Shown: positions 1 through 10,951 of the stretch, piece after piece
How the letters are laid out: every line of letters begins with the position of its first letter
Numbering within the stretch: position 1 is the first letter of the stretch
From: Delftia acidovorans NBRC 14950
GTDB lineage: Bacteria; Pseudomonadota; Gammaproteobacteria; Burkholderiales; Burkholderiaceae_C
Length of the DNA stretch: 32,000 nucleotides
Direction: 5' to 3'
Assembly (NCBI RefSeq): GCF_001598795.1
Contig: NZ_BCZP01000010.1
Location: forward strand, 150,001-182,000
Program-made: the position numbers and the translations under genes
Notes under the pieces: model-generated
The model's input: only the letters and a program-made list of their open reading frames with translations
Database searches by the model: none
What the model was told of the DNA's origin: nothing

Positions 1-671
1 GGCACCAGGCCGATGGGCGCTGCGCCCGCCAGCGCGCCCAGCGCATCGGCCCAGGCGCCAGCCGCGTTGACCACGCAGCGCGCACGCACCTGGCTGCCGT
101 CGGCCAGGTCCACGGTCCAGACACCTGCGTCATGCGCCAGCGCGCGGACCTCGGCGCTGCAGCGCAGCTCGCCGCTGCACTGGCGCAGGCCGCGCAGGAA
201 TCCCTGGTGCAGGCCATGCACGTCGATGTCGCGCGCGCCGTCGTCCGCAAAGCCATCGACCAGCAGCGTGGTGTTCAGGCAGGGCACCAGGGCCTTGAGT
301 TCATCGGGGCCCAGGCGCCGCGCCTGGGGCGAGTGCAGGAGCGCCTCGGCATGGGCGGCATCGAGCAGGTCCTTCTGCGCGGCCGTGCCCACATAGAGCA
401 CGCCGCGCGGCGCCAGGATGGGCGCCTGCACAAAGCCCTGCGGCGGCTGCTCGTAGAAGGCGCGGCTGGCGCGCGTCAGCGCCTGGACCTGCAGCGGGCC
501 ATAGTGCTCCTCATACAGCGCGGCCGAGCGGCCCGTGCTGTGGTAGCCGGGCTGGGATTCGCGCTCCAGCACCAGAACCGAGGCGCCGCCATCGCGCGCC
601 AGCTGCCAGGCCACCGAGGCACCGGCCATGCCCGCGCCCACCACCACGAAATCACGGATGCTGCTGTCCAT
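1..671 (-). CDS. FAD-dependent oxidoreductase (DAO / glycine-D-amino-acid-oxidase-like), N-terminal ~223 codons only; the C-terminus lies beyond the window start
   Basis: Absent from the ORF track because it runs off the window. My own minus-strand translation from the ATG at 671 gives MDSSIRDFVVVGAGMAGASVAWQLARDGGASVLVLERESQPGYHSTGRSAALYEEHYGPLQVQALTRASRAFYEQPPQGFVQAP... This has a Rossmann GxGxxG with an acidic residue at the end of beta-2, and an HSTGRSAA motif typical of the DAO family. A GAGG Shine-Dalgarno sits ~7 nt upstream, inside the uvrA 3' end. I checked codons 420-671 individually; the rest appears open. Confidence 0.75.
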   Translation of the reverse strand, partial: MDSSIRDFVVVGAGMAGASVAWQLARDGGASVLVLERESQPGYHSTGRSAALYEEHYGPLQVQALTRASRAFYEQPPQGFVQAPILAPRGVLYVGTAAQKDLLDAAHAEALLHSPQARRLGPDELKALVPCLNTTLLVDGFADDGARDIDVHGLHQGFLRGLRQCSGELRCSAEVRALAHDAGVWTVDLADGSQVRARCVVNAAGAWADALGALAGAAPIGLV

Positions 672-679
672 GGCCGGCC

Positions 680-3793
<3,114 letters not shown>

Positions 3794-4066
3794 CGGGAAA
3801 ACCCCTGCGAAGGCGAACCCGCCATGATAGGTCAGAACCCGTGCCACCGCATGGCGGCTCGGTCTGCGGGGCGGCAGGGTCTGCCGCGGCGCCCCTTCAC
3901 AAAACTGTCTTGCACTGCCTTGCATAACCCAGCCACCCCGCAGCGCCGGCCTATGGGCGAGAATGGCGGATTGCTTGCCCCCACAACAGTGCACCCCGTG
4001 CTCGATTCCCCCACACCCGTCCACGGCGCCCAGGCGCCAGCCCCCTCCTCGGCCGCATCGGGCCGC

Positions 4067-5242
4067 ATGACCCCGCAGGAACGCCGATCCAGCGCCAGCC
4101 TGGCGCTGATCTTTGCGCTGCGCATGCTGGGCCTGTTCCTGGTGCTGCCGGTGTTCGCGCTGGAGGCGCGCAAGTACCCGGGCGGGGATGATCCGGCCAT
4201 GATCGGCCTGGCCATGGGCCTGTACGGGCTCACCCAGGCCGTGTTCCAGCTGCCCCTGGGCCTGGCTTCGGACCGGTTCGGGCGCAAGCGCGTCATCGTC
4301 GCCGGGCTGCTGGTCTTTGCCGCGGGCAGCCTGCTGGCGGCCACGGCCGACTCGCTGCTGGGCCTGATGTGGGGCCGGGGCCTGCAGGGCGCGGGCGCCG
4401 TCTCGGCCGCCGTGACCGCGCTGCTGGCCGACCTCACGCGCGACAGCGTGCGCACCAAGGCCATGGCCATGGTGGGCGGCAGCATCGGACTCATGTTCGC
4501 GCTGGCCCTGGTGCTCAGCCCCCTGCTGGCTGCCTGGGGCGGGCTGCCTGGCATCTTCGGCCTGACCTGCGCCCTGGCGCTGGCGGGCATTGCCGTCGTG
4601 CTCTGGGTCGTCCCGCCCGAGCCCGCGCGCCACGCCGACCAGCCGCGCGGCCGCATGGCCGAGCTGTGGCGCCACGGCGATCTGGTGCGCCTGAACCTGG
4701 GTGTGTTCGTGCTGCACACCGTGCAGATGTCCATGTGGGTGGCCGTGCCCGCCATGCTGGTGCAGGCAGGCCTGGACAAGCAGGCGCACTGGCATGTCTA
4801 CCTGCCGGCCGTGGTGCTGTCCTTCGCCGCCATGGGCGGCCTGTTCGCCATGGAGCGGCGCGGGCGCCTGCGCGCGGCCCTGCTGGGCGCCATCGCCCTG
4901 ATCACCCTCGTGCAGATCGGCCTGGGCCTGCTGGCGGCCGGCGGCGCGCAGCCGCCACTGTGGGCCATGGCCGTGCTGATGTTCGTGTTCTTCTGCGGCT
5001 TCAACGCGCTGGAGGCCACCCAGCCCAGCCTGGTATCGCGCATGGCCCCGTCCCCGCTGCGCGGCGCGGCGCTGGGCGCCTACAACACGCTGCAATCGCT
5101 GGGCCTGTTCGCAGGTGGCGCGCTGGGCGGCGCCGTCGCCAAATGGGCCGGCATGCCGGGCCTGTTCACCCTGACGAGTGTCCTGGCCGTGCTGTGGCTG
5201 GTCGTCACCTGGCCGCTGCGCCCCGTGGGCCGCCACGGCTGA
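4067..5242 (+). CDS. MFS transporter
   Basis: Track ORF 3779..5242. From [31 protein letters not shown] onward it shows multiple hydrophobic helices and the MFS motif-A-like [13 protein letters not shown]. An alternative in-frame start exists at 3953. It is divergent from uvrA and upstream of ssb. Confidence 0.85.
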   Translation: MTPQERRSSASLALIFALRMLGLFLVLPVFALEARKYPGGDDPAMIGLAMGLYGLTQAVFQLPLGLASDRFGRKRVIVAGLLVFAAGSLLAATADSLLGLMWGRGLQGAGAVSAAVTALLADLTRDSVRTKAMAMVGGSIGLMFALALVLSPLLAAWGGLPGIFGLTCALALAGIAVVLWVVPPEPARHADQPRGRMAELWRHGDLVRLNLGVFVLHTVQMSMWVAVPAMLVQAGLDKQAHWHVYLPAVVLSFAAMGGLFAMERRGRLRAALLGAIALITLVQIGLGLLAAGGAQPPLWAMAVLMFVFFCGFNALEATQPSLVSRMAPSPLRGAALGAYNTLQSLGLFAGGALGGAVAKWAGMPGLFTLTSVLAVLWLVVTWPLRPVGRHG

Positions 5243-5402
5243 ACGGCGGATTTTCAGACGGTTACAAGCCGCCGCCACAGGCGGTTGCCACGGGATATCC
5301 GCCCCCTGCCATCGGCGGACGGCTTGCGGCACAATGGCGCGTCTGGCCCGGGATCCATCCCTCTATGCCCGGGCCACTTCCCTATGTAAAGGTATTTCAC
5401 TC

Positions 5403-5969
5403 ATGGCATCCGTCAACAAGGTCATCATCGTCGGCAACCTCGGACGCGACCCCGAAATGCGCACCTTCCCGAGTGGCGATCAGGTGGCCAACGTGACCAT
5501 CGCCACCACCGACCGCTGGCGCGACAAGAACACCGGCGAGAACAAGGAAGCCACCGAGTGGCACCGCGTGGTCTTCAATGGCCGCCTGGCTGAAATCGTG
5601 GGCCAGTACCTGCGCAAGGGCAGCCAGGTCTATGTCGAAGGCAGCCTGCGCACCCGCAAGTGGACCGACCAGGCCAGCGGCCAGGAACGCTACGCCACCG
5701 AAATCCGTGCCGACAGCATGCAGATGCTGGGCAGCCGCCAGGGCGGCGGCGGTGGCCAGCAAGGCGGCGGTTACGGCGATGAAGGCTACGGCGACAGCGG
5801 CTACGACGCCCCTCCGCAGCAGCAACAGCGCCGCCCGGCCCCTGCCCCCATGGCAGCGCCCGCACCGCGCCAGGCCCCTGCCCAGCGCCCCGCTCCCGCG
5901 CCCATGGCACCCCCGCCCCAGCGCGCAGCCTCGGGCTTTGACGATATGGATGACGACATTCCGTTCTAA
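5403..5969 (+). CDS. ssb: Single-stranded DNA-binding protein
   Basis: [66 protein letters not shown] is a canonical OB fold. It is followed by a Gly/Gln/Pro-rich linker and the acidic tip DDMDDDIPF. The ATG at 5403 is in frame with track ORF 5178..5969. Confidence 0.97.
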   Translation: MASVNKVIIVGNLGRDPEMRTFPSGDQVANVTIATTDRWRDKNTGENKEATEWHRVVFNGRLAEIVGQYLRKGSQVYVEGSLRTRKWTDQASGQERYATEIRADSMQMLGSRQGGGGGQQGGGYGDEGYGDSGYDAPPQQQQRRPAPAPMAAPAPRQAPAQRPAPAPMAPPPQRAASGFDDMDDDIPF

Positions 5970-5999
5970 ATCCGAAGAGGATTGTTTTTGTTGATTCGG

Positions 6000-6035
6000 G
6001 CCCGCCTGCTCTTCGGAGAGGCGGGCTTTTTCTTT
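6000..6035 (+). terminator. Rho-independent terminator of ssb
   Basis: GCCCGCCT (6000-6007) pairs with AGGCGGGC (6019-6026). An inner CTC/GAG pairing closes a TTCG loop (6012-6015). The run TTTTTCTTT follows at 6027-6035, 31 nt after the ssb stop. Confidence 0.8.
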
Positions 6036-6118
6036 GCCAGTCGCATGCCGACCCCGCTGAAGCGAACCGAGGCCCAGGCCGCAGCGGATGTGCCGCAGCT
6101 GTGCAAGCCAGCCAGACC

Positions 6119-6185
6119 TTGATCGTCTTCTATATAAAGAATAAAATATTTATCTTTGAATGATTTTTTAATATTTAAAGATAAA
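6119..6185 (+). promoter_or_regulatory. Candidate sigma70-type promoter plus inverted-repeat operator of hipBA
   Basis: TTGATC (6119-6124), a 17-nt spacer, then TAAAAT (6142-6147). A perfect 9-bp inverted repeat TTTATCTTT (6149-6157) / AAAGATAAA (6177-6185) follows. The direct repeat AATATTTA occurs at 6145-6152 and 6170-6177. All of this lies just upstream of the hipB ATG at 6190. Confidence 0.45.
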
Positions 6186-6189
6186 AATA

Positions 6190-6510
6190 ATGAATCTTGG
6201 ACTTTACTCTTCCTCACAAATCGCGGCAGAGCTATCGTCACGGCTGCGCAAGCATCGCATCGCCCAAAAGTTCACTCAGGCGGAACTGGCCAGCCGTGTA
6301 GGCGTATCCAAGGCCACCATCGTCAACATGGAGGCAGGCAAGAACGTCTCATTCGAGACCGTGATTGCCGTTGTACAGGTGCTGGGCCTTGCCATTCAGC
6401 TTGAAGAGCTGTTTCTTTATCAACCACGCACGATTGAAGAGCTTGAAAGGATTTCAACTCTTCCTCAGCGGGTGCGTTCCCTGAAAGCTTCACATGGTTC
6501 AGAAGATTAA
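6190..6510 (+). CDS. hipB: XRE-family HTH antitoxin, HipB-like (106 aa)
   Basis: The HTH segment is FTQAELASRVGVSKATIVNMEAGKNVS. It sits immediately upstream of a HipA kinase gene and overlaps it by 17 nt. It lies in low-GC DNA. Confidence 0.8.
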   Translation: MNLGLYSSSQIAAELSSRLRKHRIAQKFTQAELASRVGVSKATIVNMEAGKNVSFETVIAVVQVLGLAIQLEELFLYQPRTIEELERISTLPQRVRSLKASHGSED

Positions 6511-7747
6511 TGTCTACTACGAAGGCTGGGGCGACAAATTTCATTGGGCAACCCTTGGTGCAGCCGACGCCAGAAGCAGCATTATTTTTGAATATACCGA
6601 CGAGGCTTTTGCCAAGGGACTGGAGCTATCGCCCTACCTTTTCCCGCTTGTAAAGGGACGAGATTTCTCCCAATCTCTACCAAGACACCAATTAGGTCTA
6701 CCAGGCCCTGTCTACGATTCTTTGCCGGATGGATGGGGTTTGCTCCTGATGGACAAACTATTCCAAAAACGTGGATTGGACCCTGCTCGGTTATCTGCGC
6801 TGGATCGATTGGCATATGTCGGCGACAGCGCATTAGGTGCAATGACATTTGCACCTGCTGATAGTTTCATGAAACAGCCTCAAGCAGATATTCCTATGGC
6901 AATGCTTGCACAAGAAGTGCAACAAGTGCTTGAGGACAAGGACACAGCTCTGCTAGCGCAACTCGCCCTGGTGGGTGGCTCGCCTCATGGGGCTCGGCCC
7001 AAGGCGCTGGTCTATCTGAATAGCGAGACACATCGCGCGAGCACCGTACCCATGGAGGGCGCTGAACCTTGGCTGGTGAAATTTCCCGCAATGAATGAAC
7101 ACTCCGAGGTTTGTGCCATTGAGGATCTCTACATCAAGTCTGCCAGTGCATGCGGGCTTGAGGCGCCGCCTACCGTCAGCTTGGATTTGGGACAGGGGCT
7201 GTCTGCCTTTGGCATCAAACGCTTCGACAGAGAAGGCAAGTACCGCGTTCCTGTCCACACCTTGGCTGCATTTGTTGGCGCTGATTTCCGGGTGGCCGGG
7301 TCCATCGGCTATATCACCTTGATTCAGGCAACACGATTTCTGACCAGAGATTCAAGGGAAGTGAAAAAAGCCTTTGAACGCGCTGTGTTCAACGTGATTT
7401 TCAACAATCGGGATGACCACGGAAAGAATTTCTCCTTCAGGATGGGAAAGGATGGCCATTGGAAGCTTGCCCCGGTTTATGACATAACCTTCAATAGAGG
7501 ACCGGGCGGCTACCATCAAATGGACGTAGCAGGCGAGGCATCCATTATTCGATTGGCGCATCTGCAACAGCTCGGCAAAGAAGCTGGAGTCAGCAAAAAA
7601 GAAACAATAGAAATCATTTCGAGAGTTGCGCAGGAGGCATCTTTATTCTCTGCACGAGTGCAGGAATACGATGGCGCCATCCGCAGGCAAACAGAACAGA
7701 GTATCTCGAGAATTCTTCAAGCGAATATCAAAGCGGCCACATCATAG
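6494..7747 (+). CDS. hipA: HipA-family Ser/Thr kinase toxin (417 aa)
   Basis: An N-terminal HipA coupling domain (YYEGWGDKF..., SLPDGWGLLLMD) is followed by a P-loop-like VGGSPHGARPKALV. The kinase core reads WLVKFP..., IKRFDRE, and the catalytic motif NNRDDHGKNFSF with APVYDI. Confidence 0.9.
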   Translation: MVQKINVYYEGWGDKFHWATLGAADARSSIIFEYTDEAFAKGLELSPYLFPLVKGRDFSQSLPRHQLGLPGPVYDSLPDGWGLLLMDKLFQKRGLDPARLSALDRLAYVGDSALGAMTFAPADSFMKQPQADIPMAMLAQEVQQVLEDKDTALLAQLALVGGSPHGARPKALVYLNSETHRASTVPMEGAEPWLVKFPAMNEHSEVCAIEDLYIKSASACGLEAPPTVSLDLGQGLSAFGIKRFDREGKYRVPVHTLAAFVGADFRVAGSIGYITLIQATRFLTRDSREVKKAFERAVFNVIFNNRDDHGKNFSFRMGKDGHWKLAPVYDITFNRGPGGYHQMDVAGEASIIRLAHLQQLGKEAGVSKKETIEIISRVAQEASLFSARVQEYDGAIRRQTEQSISRILQANIKAATS

Positions 7748-7767
7748 GCGCCGCATCCATGGCGCCT
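7746..7767 (+). terminator. Hairpin at the hipA 3' end (possible weak terminator or islet boundary)
   Basis: AGGCGCC (7746-7752) pairs with GGCGCCT (7761-7767) around an 8-nt loop. There is no T-tract, so terminator function is uncertain. Confidence 0.25.
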
Positions 7768-8096
7768 TCATGATCGGAGCGGCGCTTCCCGCCCCCCCGA
7801 ACACCCACCCCCTCGTACAATCGCGCCCGTGATTTCAGTCCACCGGCACCGTCAACCCGAGGCTCGCCATGCGCGCAGCCGCGATGCCGCGCGCCTTCAC
7901 AGCTTCACGCTGGCCCGCATCGCGCGCGGCTCGCAGAGCCGGCGTTCGGGCTGCACCCGCCTGGCGCCGCCGTAGCACGGCCGAACCGTACAAGCCGCCA
8001 GGTTTCGGGCATCGCCCGACGCCCGGCATGTTCATTCCCGTCTACAAAATCCTGCTCCGCCTTGTCACACCCAGCGCGGCGGGGCCGGCCATTTCC

Positions 8097-9551
8097 ATGT
8101 CGAAACACCCCCATCCCTTTCGCGCCGAGTGGGCGCCCAGCATTCCGCGCGAGCTCATGGCCGGCGCCGTGGCCACCTTTGCGCTGATCCCCGAGGTCAT
8201 CGCCTTCTCCTTCGTGGCCGGGGTCGATCCCGCCGTCGGGCTGTTCGCCTCCTTCATCATCAGCATCGTCATCGCCTTCACGGGCGCGCGCCCGGCCATG
8301 GTGTCGGCGGCGGCGGGCTCGGTCGCGCTGGTGGCGGCGCCGCTGGTGCATGCGCATGGCGTGCAGTACCTTTTTGCGGCCGGCATCCTTGCGGGAGCCG
8401 TGCAGATCCTGTTCGGCCTGCTGCGCCTGGGCGTGCTGATGCGCTATGTGTCGGGCTCGGTGCGCACGGGCTTCGTCAATGCGCTGGCCATCCTGATCTT
8501 CTCGGCCCAGATACCGCACCTGATCGGCGCCAATGCCGCCACCTGGGCCATGGTGGGTGCCGGCCTGCTGATCATCTACGGCCTGCCCCGGCTGACCACG
8601 GCCGTGCCCTCGCCCCTGGTCTGCATCGTGGTGCTGACGGTGGCGGCGCAATGGCTGGACCTGCCCCTGAAGACGGTCGCCGACCTGGGCCTGCTGCCGG
8701 ACGGCCTGCCCAGCTTCGGGCTGCCGCAGGTGCCTTGGTCGCTGGAGACGCTGCGCCTGATCGCCCTGCCCGCGCTGGCGATCGCCATGGTGGGATTGCT
8801 GGAGTCCATGATGACGGCCAGCGTGGTCGATGAACTCACGGACACGCCCAGCTCCAAGAACCGCGAGTGCAGCGGCATCGGCGTGGCCAACATCGCGGCC
8901 AGCCTGTTCGGCGGCATTGCCGGCTGCGCCATGATCGGCCAGACCGTGGGCAATGTGCGCTACGGCGGCCGCGGCCGGCTGTCCACGCTGTTCGCGGGCG
9001 CCTTCCTGCTCATCCTGATGGTGCTGCTCAAGCCCTGGGTGTCCCAGGTGCCGGTGGCGGCGCTGGTGGCCATCATGGTGATGGTGTCGGCCTCCACGCT
9101 GGACTGGGGATCGGCCCGCGCCCTGCTCAGGCATCCCAAGCTGTCCAGCGCCGTCATGCTGGCCACCGTGGTGGTCACCGTCGCCACGGACAACCTGGCC
9201 GCCGGCGTGGGCGTCGGCGTGCTGCTCAGCGGGGTGTTCTTCACCTTCAAGGTCTCAAGGCTGCTGTCCGTCGAGAAGACGCAGGACGGCGCAGGCCTGA
9301 CCTACCGCGTATCGGGCCAGGTCTTCTTTGCATCGGCCGACCAGCTGGTCGATGCCTTCGACGTGCGGGACATCGAAGGCCGGCCGGTGCGCATCGAACT
9401 GACCAACGCGCATTTCTGGGACATCACGGCCGTCAATGCGCTGGACAAGGTCTGCCAGCGCCTGCGCAAGCACGGCAGCACGGTCGAGGTGACGGGCCTG
9501 AACGAACACGGCCGGGCACTGGTGTCGCGGCTGGATATCGGCATCGAGTAG
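8097..9551 (+). CDS. SulP-family inorganic anion transporter with C-terminal STAS domain
   Basis: From MSKHPHPFRAEWAPSIPRELMAGAVATFALIPEVIAFSFVAGV there are many TM helices. A STAS-like tail follows (YRVSGQVFFASADQLVDAF...FWDITAVNALDKV). The ATG at 8097 is in frame with track ORF 7869..9551. Confidence 0.9.
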   Translation: MSKHPHPFRAEWAPSIPRELMAGAVATFALIPEVIAFSFVAGVDPAVGLFASFIISIVIAFTGARPAMVSAAAGSVALVAAPLVHAHGVQYLFAAGILAGAVQILFGLLRLGVLMRYVSGSVRTGFVNALAILIFSAQIPHLIGANAATWAMVGAGLLIIYGLPRLTTAVPSPLVCIVVLTVAAQWLDLPLKTVADLGLLPDGLPSFGLPQVPWSLETLRLIALPALAIAMVGLLESMMTASVVDELTDTPSSKNRECSGIGVANIAASLFGGIAGCAMIGQTVGNVRYGGRGRLSTLFAGAFLLILMVLLKPWVSQVPVAALVAIMVMVSASTLDWGSARALLRHPKLSSAVMLATVVVTVATDNLAAGVGVGVLLSGVFFTFKVSRLLSVEKTQDGAGLTYRVSGQVFFASADQLVDAFDVRDIEGRPVRIELTNAHFWDITAVNALDKVCQRLRKHGSTVEVTGLNEHGRALVSRLDIGIE

Positions 9552-9631
9552 GAAACCTGCCCCGGGCATGGTTTTCCAGCGCTGGCAGACCGCTTGCTTT
9601 CCTGGGGCAGACGCGGCCTGCTCTTTCGCAA

Positions 9632-9700
9632 AGAGAAATCCGTCAAATATCGAATGAGTCATTCAGAAATTTCTCTATTTCAAAGAGTTACTCTTTTGAA
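9632..9700 (+). promoter_or_regulatory. Nested palindromes in the AT-rich leader of the unknown cassette (candidate operator/promoter region)
   Basis: AGAGAAAT (9632-9639) and ATTTCTCT (9669-9676) enclose a perfect 13-bp palindrome GAATGAgTCATTC (9652-9664). An imperfect palindrome TTCAAAGAG-tta-CTCTTTTGAA follows at 9679-9700. The region lies 70-140 nt upstream of the ATG at 9771. Confidence 0.35.
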
Positions 9701-9770
9701 ATAAAGATTTCAGCCCGCTCATTTAGGATCTGGACCGCTGTCACCTCCCCAAACCCGTCCCATCTCTTCC

Positions 9771-10256
9771 ATGCGACTCAGATCCGTTATCTTGGGCCTT
9801 GTCCTCCTGGTCTTTGCCGCATCCGCATCCTGGTTGGCCGTGTATGGGTTTCTCATCTCCCAGGAGGACTACTCGCCTGAGCGGGGATCGCTCAGATATT
9901 ACGTAGGAATCTCTTCCCTGATACGCAATGCGCCAGCGACAGGGACGATGGCGCAGCCCGCCTACTTCGGCTCCGTCGGTGATGGCAACAAGCCCCCGCA
10001 GTCCGAGATGACCTTCGAGACCAGCGCCAACGACATCACCGAAGCCACTGCGGCCATCACCAGCTACCTGCGCCAGAAGGATTTCCACCAGAGATCCATC
10101 GATGCCGAAAATGCCGCCGCATCGTTTGTCCCCGAGGGAGAGCGCCTTGTCCAATACGCGCAATACGCGTCATCGGCCGGCGAAGTTGCCGTACTGGCGG
10201 TCACCCAGGCAATGGCAACAGGCCTGTGCAAGGTCACGCTCACCCATTACGACTGA
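9771..10256 (+). CDS. Hypothetical membrane-anchored protein (161 aa), no family recognised
   Basis: Clean ORF with codon-like periodicity. It has one N-terminal hydrophobic helix (VILGLVLLVFAASASWLAVYGFLI) and then a ~125-aa soluble region. It lacks a Shine-Dalgarno and has lower GC than its neighbours. Confidence 0.6.
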   Translation: MRLRSVILGLVLLVFAASASWLAVYGFLISQEDYSPERGSLRYYVGISSLIRNAPATGTMAQPAYFGSVGDGNKPPQSEMTFETSANDITEATAAITSYLRQKDFHQRSIDAENAAASFVPEGERLVQYAQYASSAGEVAVLAVTQAMATGLCKVTLTHYD

Positions 10257-10258
10257 AC

Positions 10259-10951
10259 ATGTCCAGCAGATCCCACATACCCCGAAGACTCATCTATACC
10301 TGCAACTGCGGATGGATTGACCTGGGCCACCTCCAATCGGTCGAGAGCCATCGCAATCGCTACGCCAGTGCGGCCTATCTCTGGAAAGACATACTGCATG
10401 AGCGCGGCATCGGGATTCCCGGTCACTCCGACAGCCATCTGATTCAATACAAGCAATCCATGGGGCGCTTTGGCCTGACCCAGGAATTTGCCAAGTTCTA
10501 TCTCGTCAAGAAAGGCCTGTCTCTTTCAGCGAAGCGCTCCGTGGCCCTGGCCATATTCATGGAGGTTTCCATGGGTTTCGAGAGCCTGCAGGCATCCATG
10601 TCGCTCCTCACAGACAGTGGATTCAGCCAGGAAGACCTCGTTTCCAACCTGATTGGCTTCTACATGGTCGTGCACGGGGCACTGGACTGGAAGAACCTGT
10701 GCAAGCCGGTTTCCACCGAGGCATCGCTGGCCGTCTGGGATGCCAACGGTCCCGTGGGAAGCCATAAAAACAAAGTCTTCCAGCCGCAGTTCCACGCCTG
10801 CGAGGAATGCAAGAGCAAGCACCATGTGCAGCTGCCGCGCTTTCCTTCCGCGTTTCAGTCCATACAGCCCGCATCCAAGGGTTTGCACTTCATCGAAGCA
10901 TCTGATGGGCTGCCAGTGCCAAAGCACATGCTTTCGACACTGTTTCCCTGA
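10259..10951 (+). CDS. Hypothetical Cys/His-rich soluble protein (230 aa), no family recognised
   Basis: The ATG at 10259 lies 2 nt after the upstream TGA and is in frame with track ORF 10226..10951. Motifs are YTCNCGWIDLGH, SGFSQEDLVSNLIGFY and HACEECKSKHH. There is no signal peptide. Confidence 0.65.
   Translation: MSSRSHIPRRLIYTCNCGWIDLGHLQSVESHRNRYASAAYLWKDILHERGIGIPGHSDSHLIQYKQSMGRFGLTQEFAKFYLVKKGLSLSAKRSVALAIFMEVSMGFESLQASMSLLTDSGFSQEDLVSNLIGFYMVVHGALDWKNLCKPVSTEASLAVWDANGPVGSHKNKVFQPQFHACEECKSKHHVQLPRFPSAFQSIQPASKGLHFIEASDGLPVPKHMLSTLFP

Noticed and set aside
3794-5332. Upper part of the 1550-aa track ORF 680..5332 (-), which would make a giant UvrA fusion
   Set aside because: UvrA homology begins only near MPGSH (3793). 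The upstream translation is Arg/Gly/His/Gln/Ala-rich low complexity and is antisense to a well-formed MFS transporter gene. It is an open shadow frame typical of high-GC DNA.
3794-5402. Search for LexA/SOS boxes (CTGT-N8-ACAG) in the uvrA and ssb upstream regions
   Set aside because: Only half-matches were found (CTGTCTTGCACTGCCT at ~3905 and CTTGCCCCCACAACAG at ~3974). There is no canonical box, so I make no SOS-regulation claim.
5966-6241. 91-aa minus-strand ORF
   Set aside because: It spans the ssb terminator hairpin and the AT-rich hipB promoter, and it overlaps the hipB start. It has no coding signal.
7835-8035. 66-aa minus-strand ORF in the spacer upstream of SulP
   Set aside because: It is Arg/Ala-rich with no motif and no Shine-Dalgarno. 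Its third-position GC bias is no better than the overlapping plus frame. I kept it only as a possible gene remnant in the spacer finding.
7905-9134. 409-aa minus-strand ORF
   Set aside because: It is antisense to the SulP transporter and is His/Arg/Gly/Gln-rich junk.
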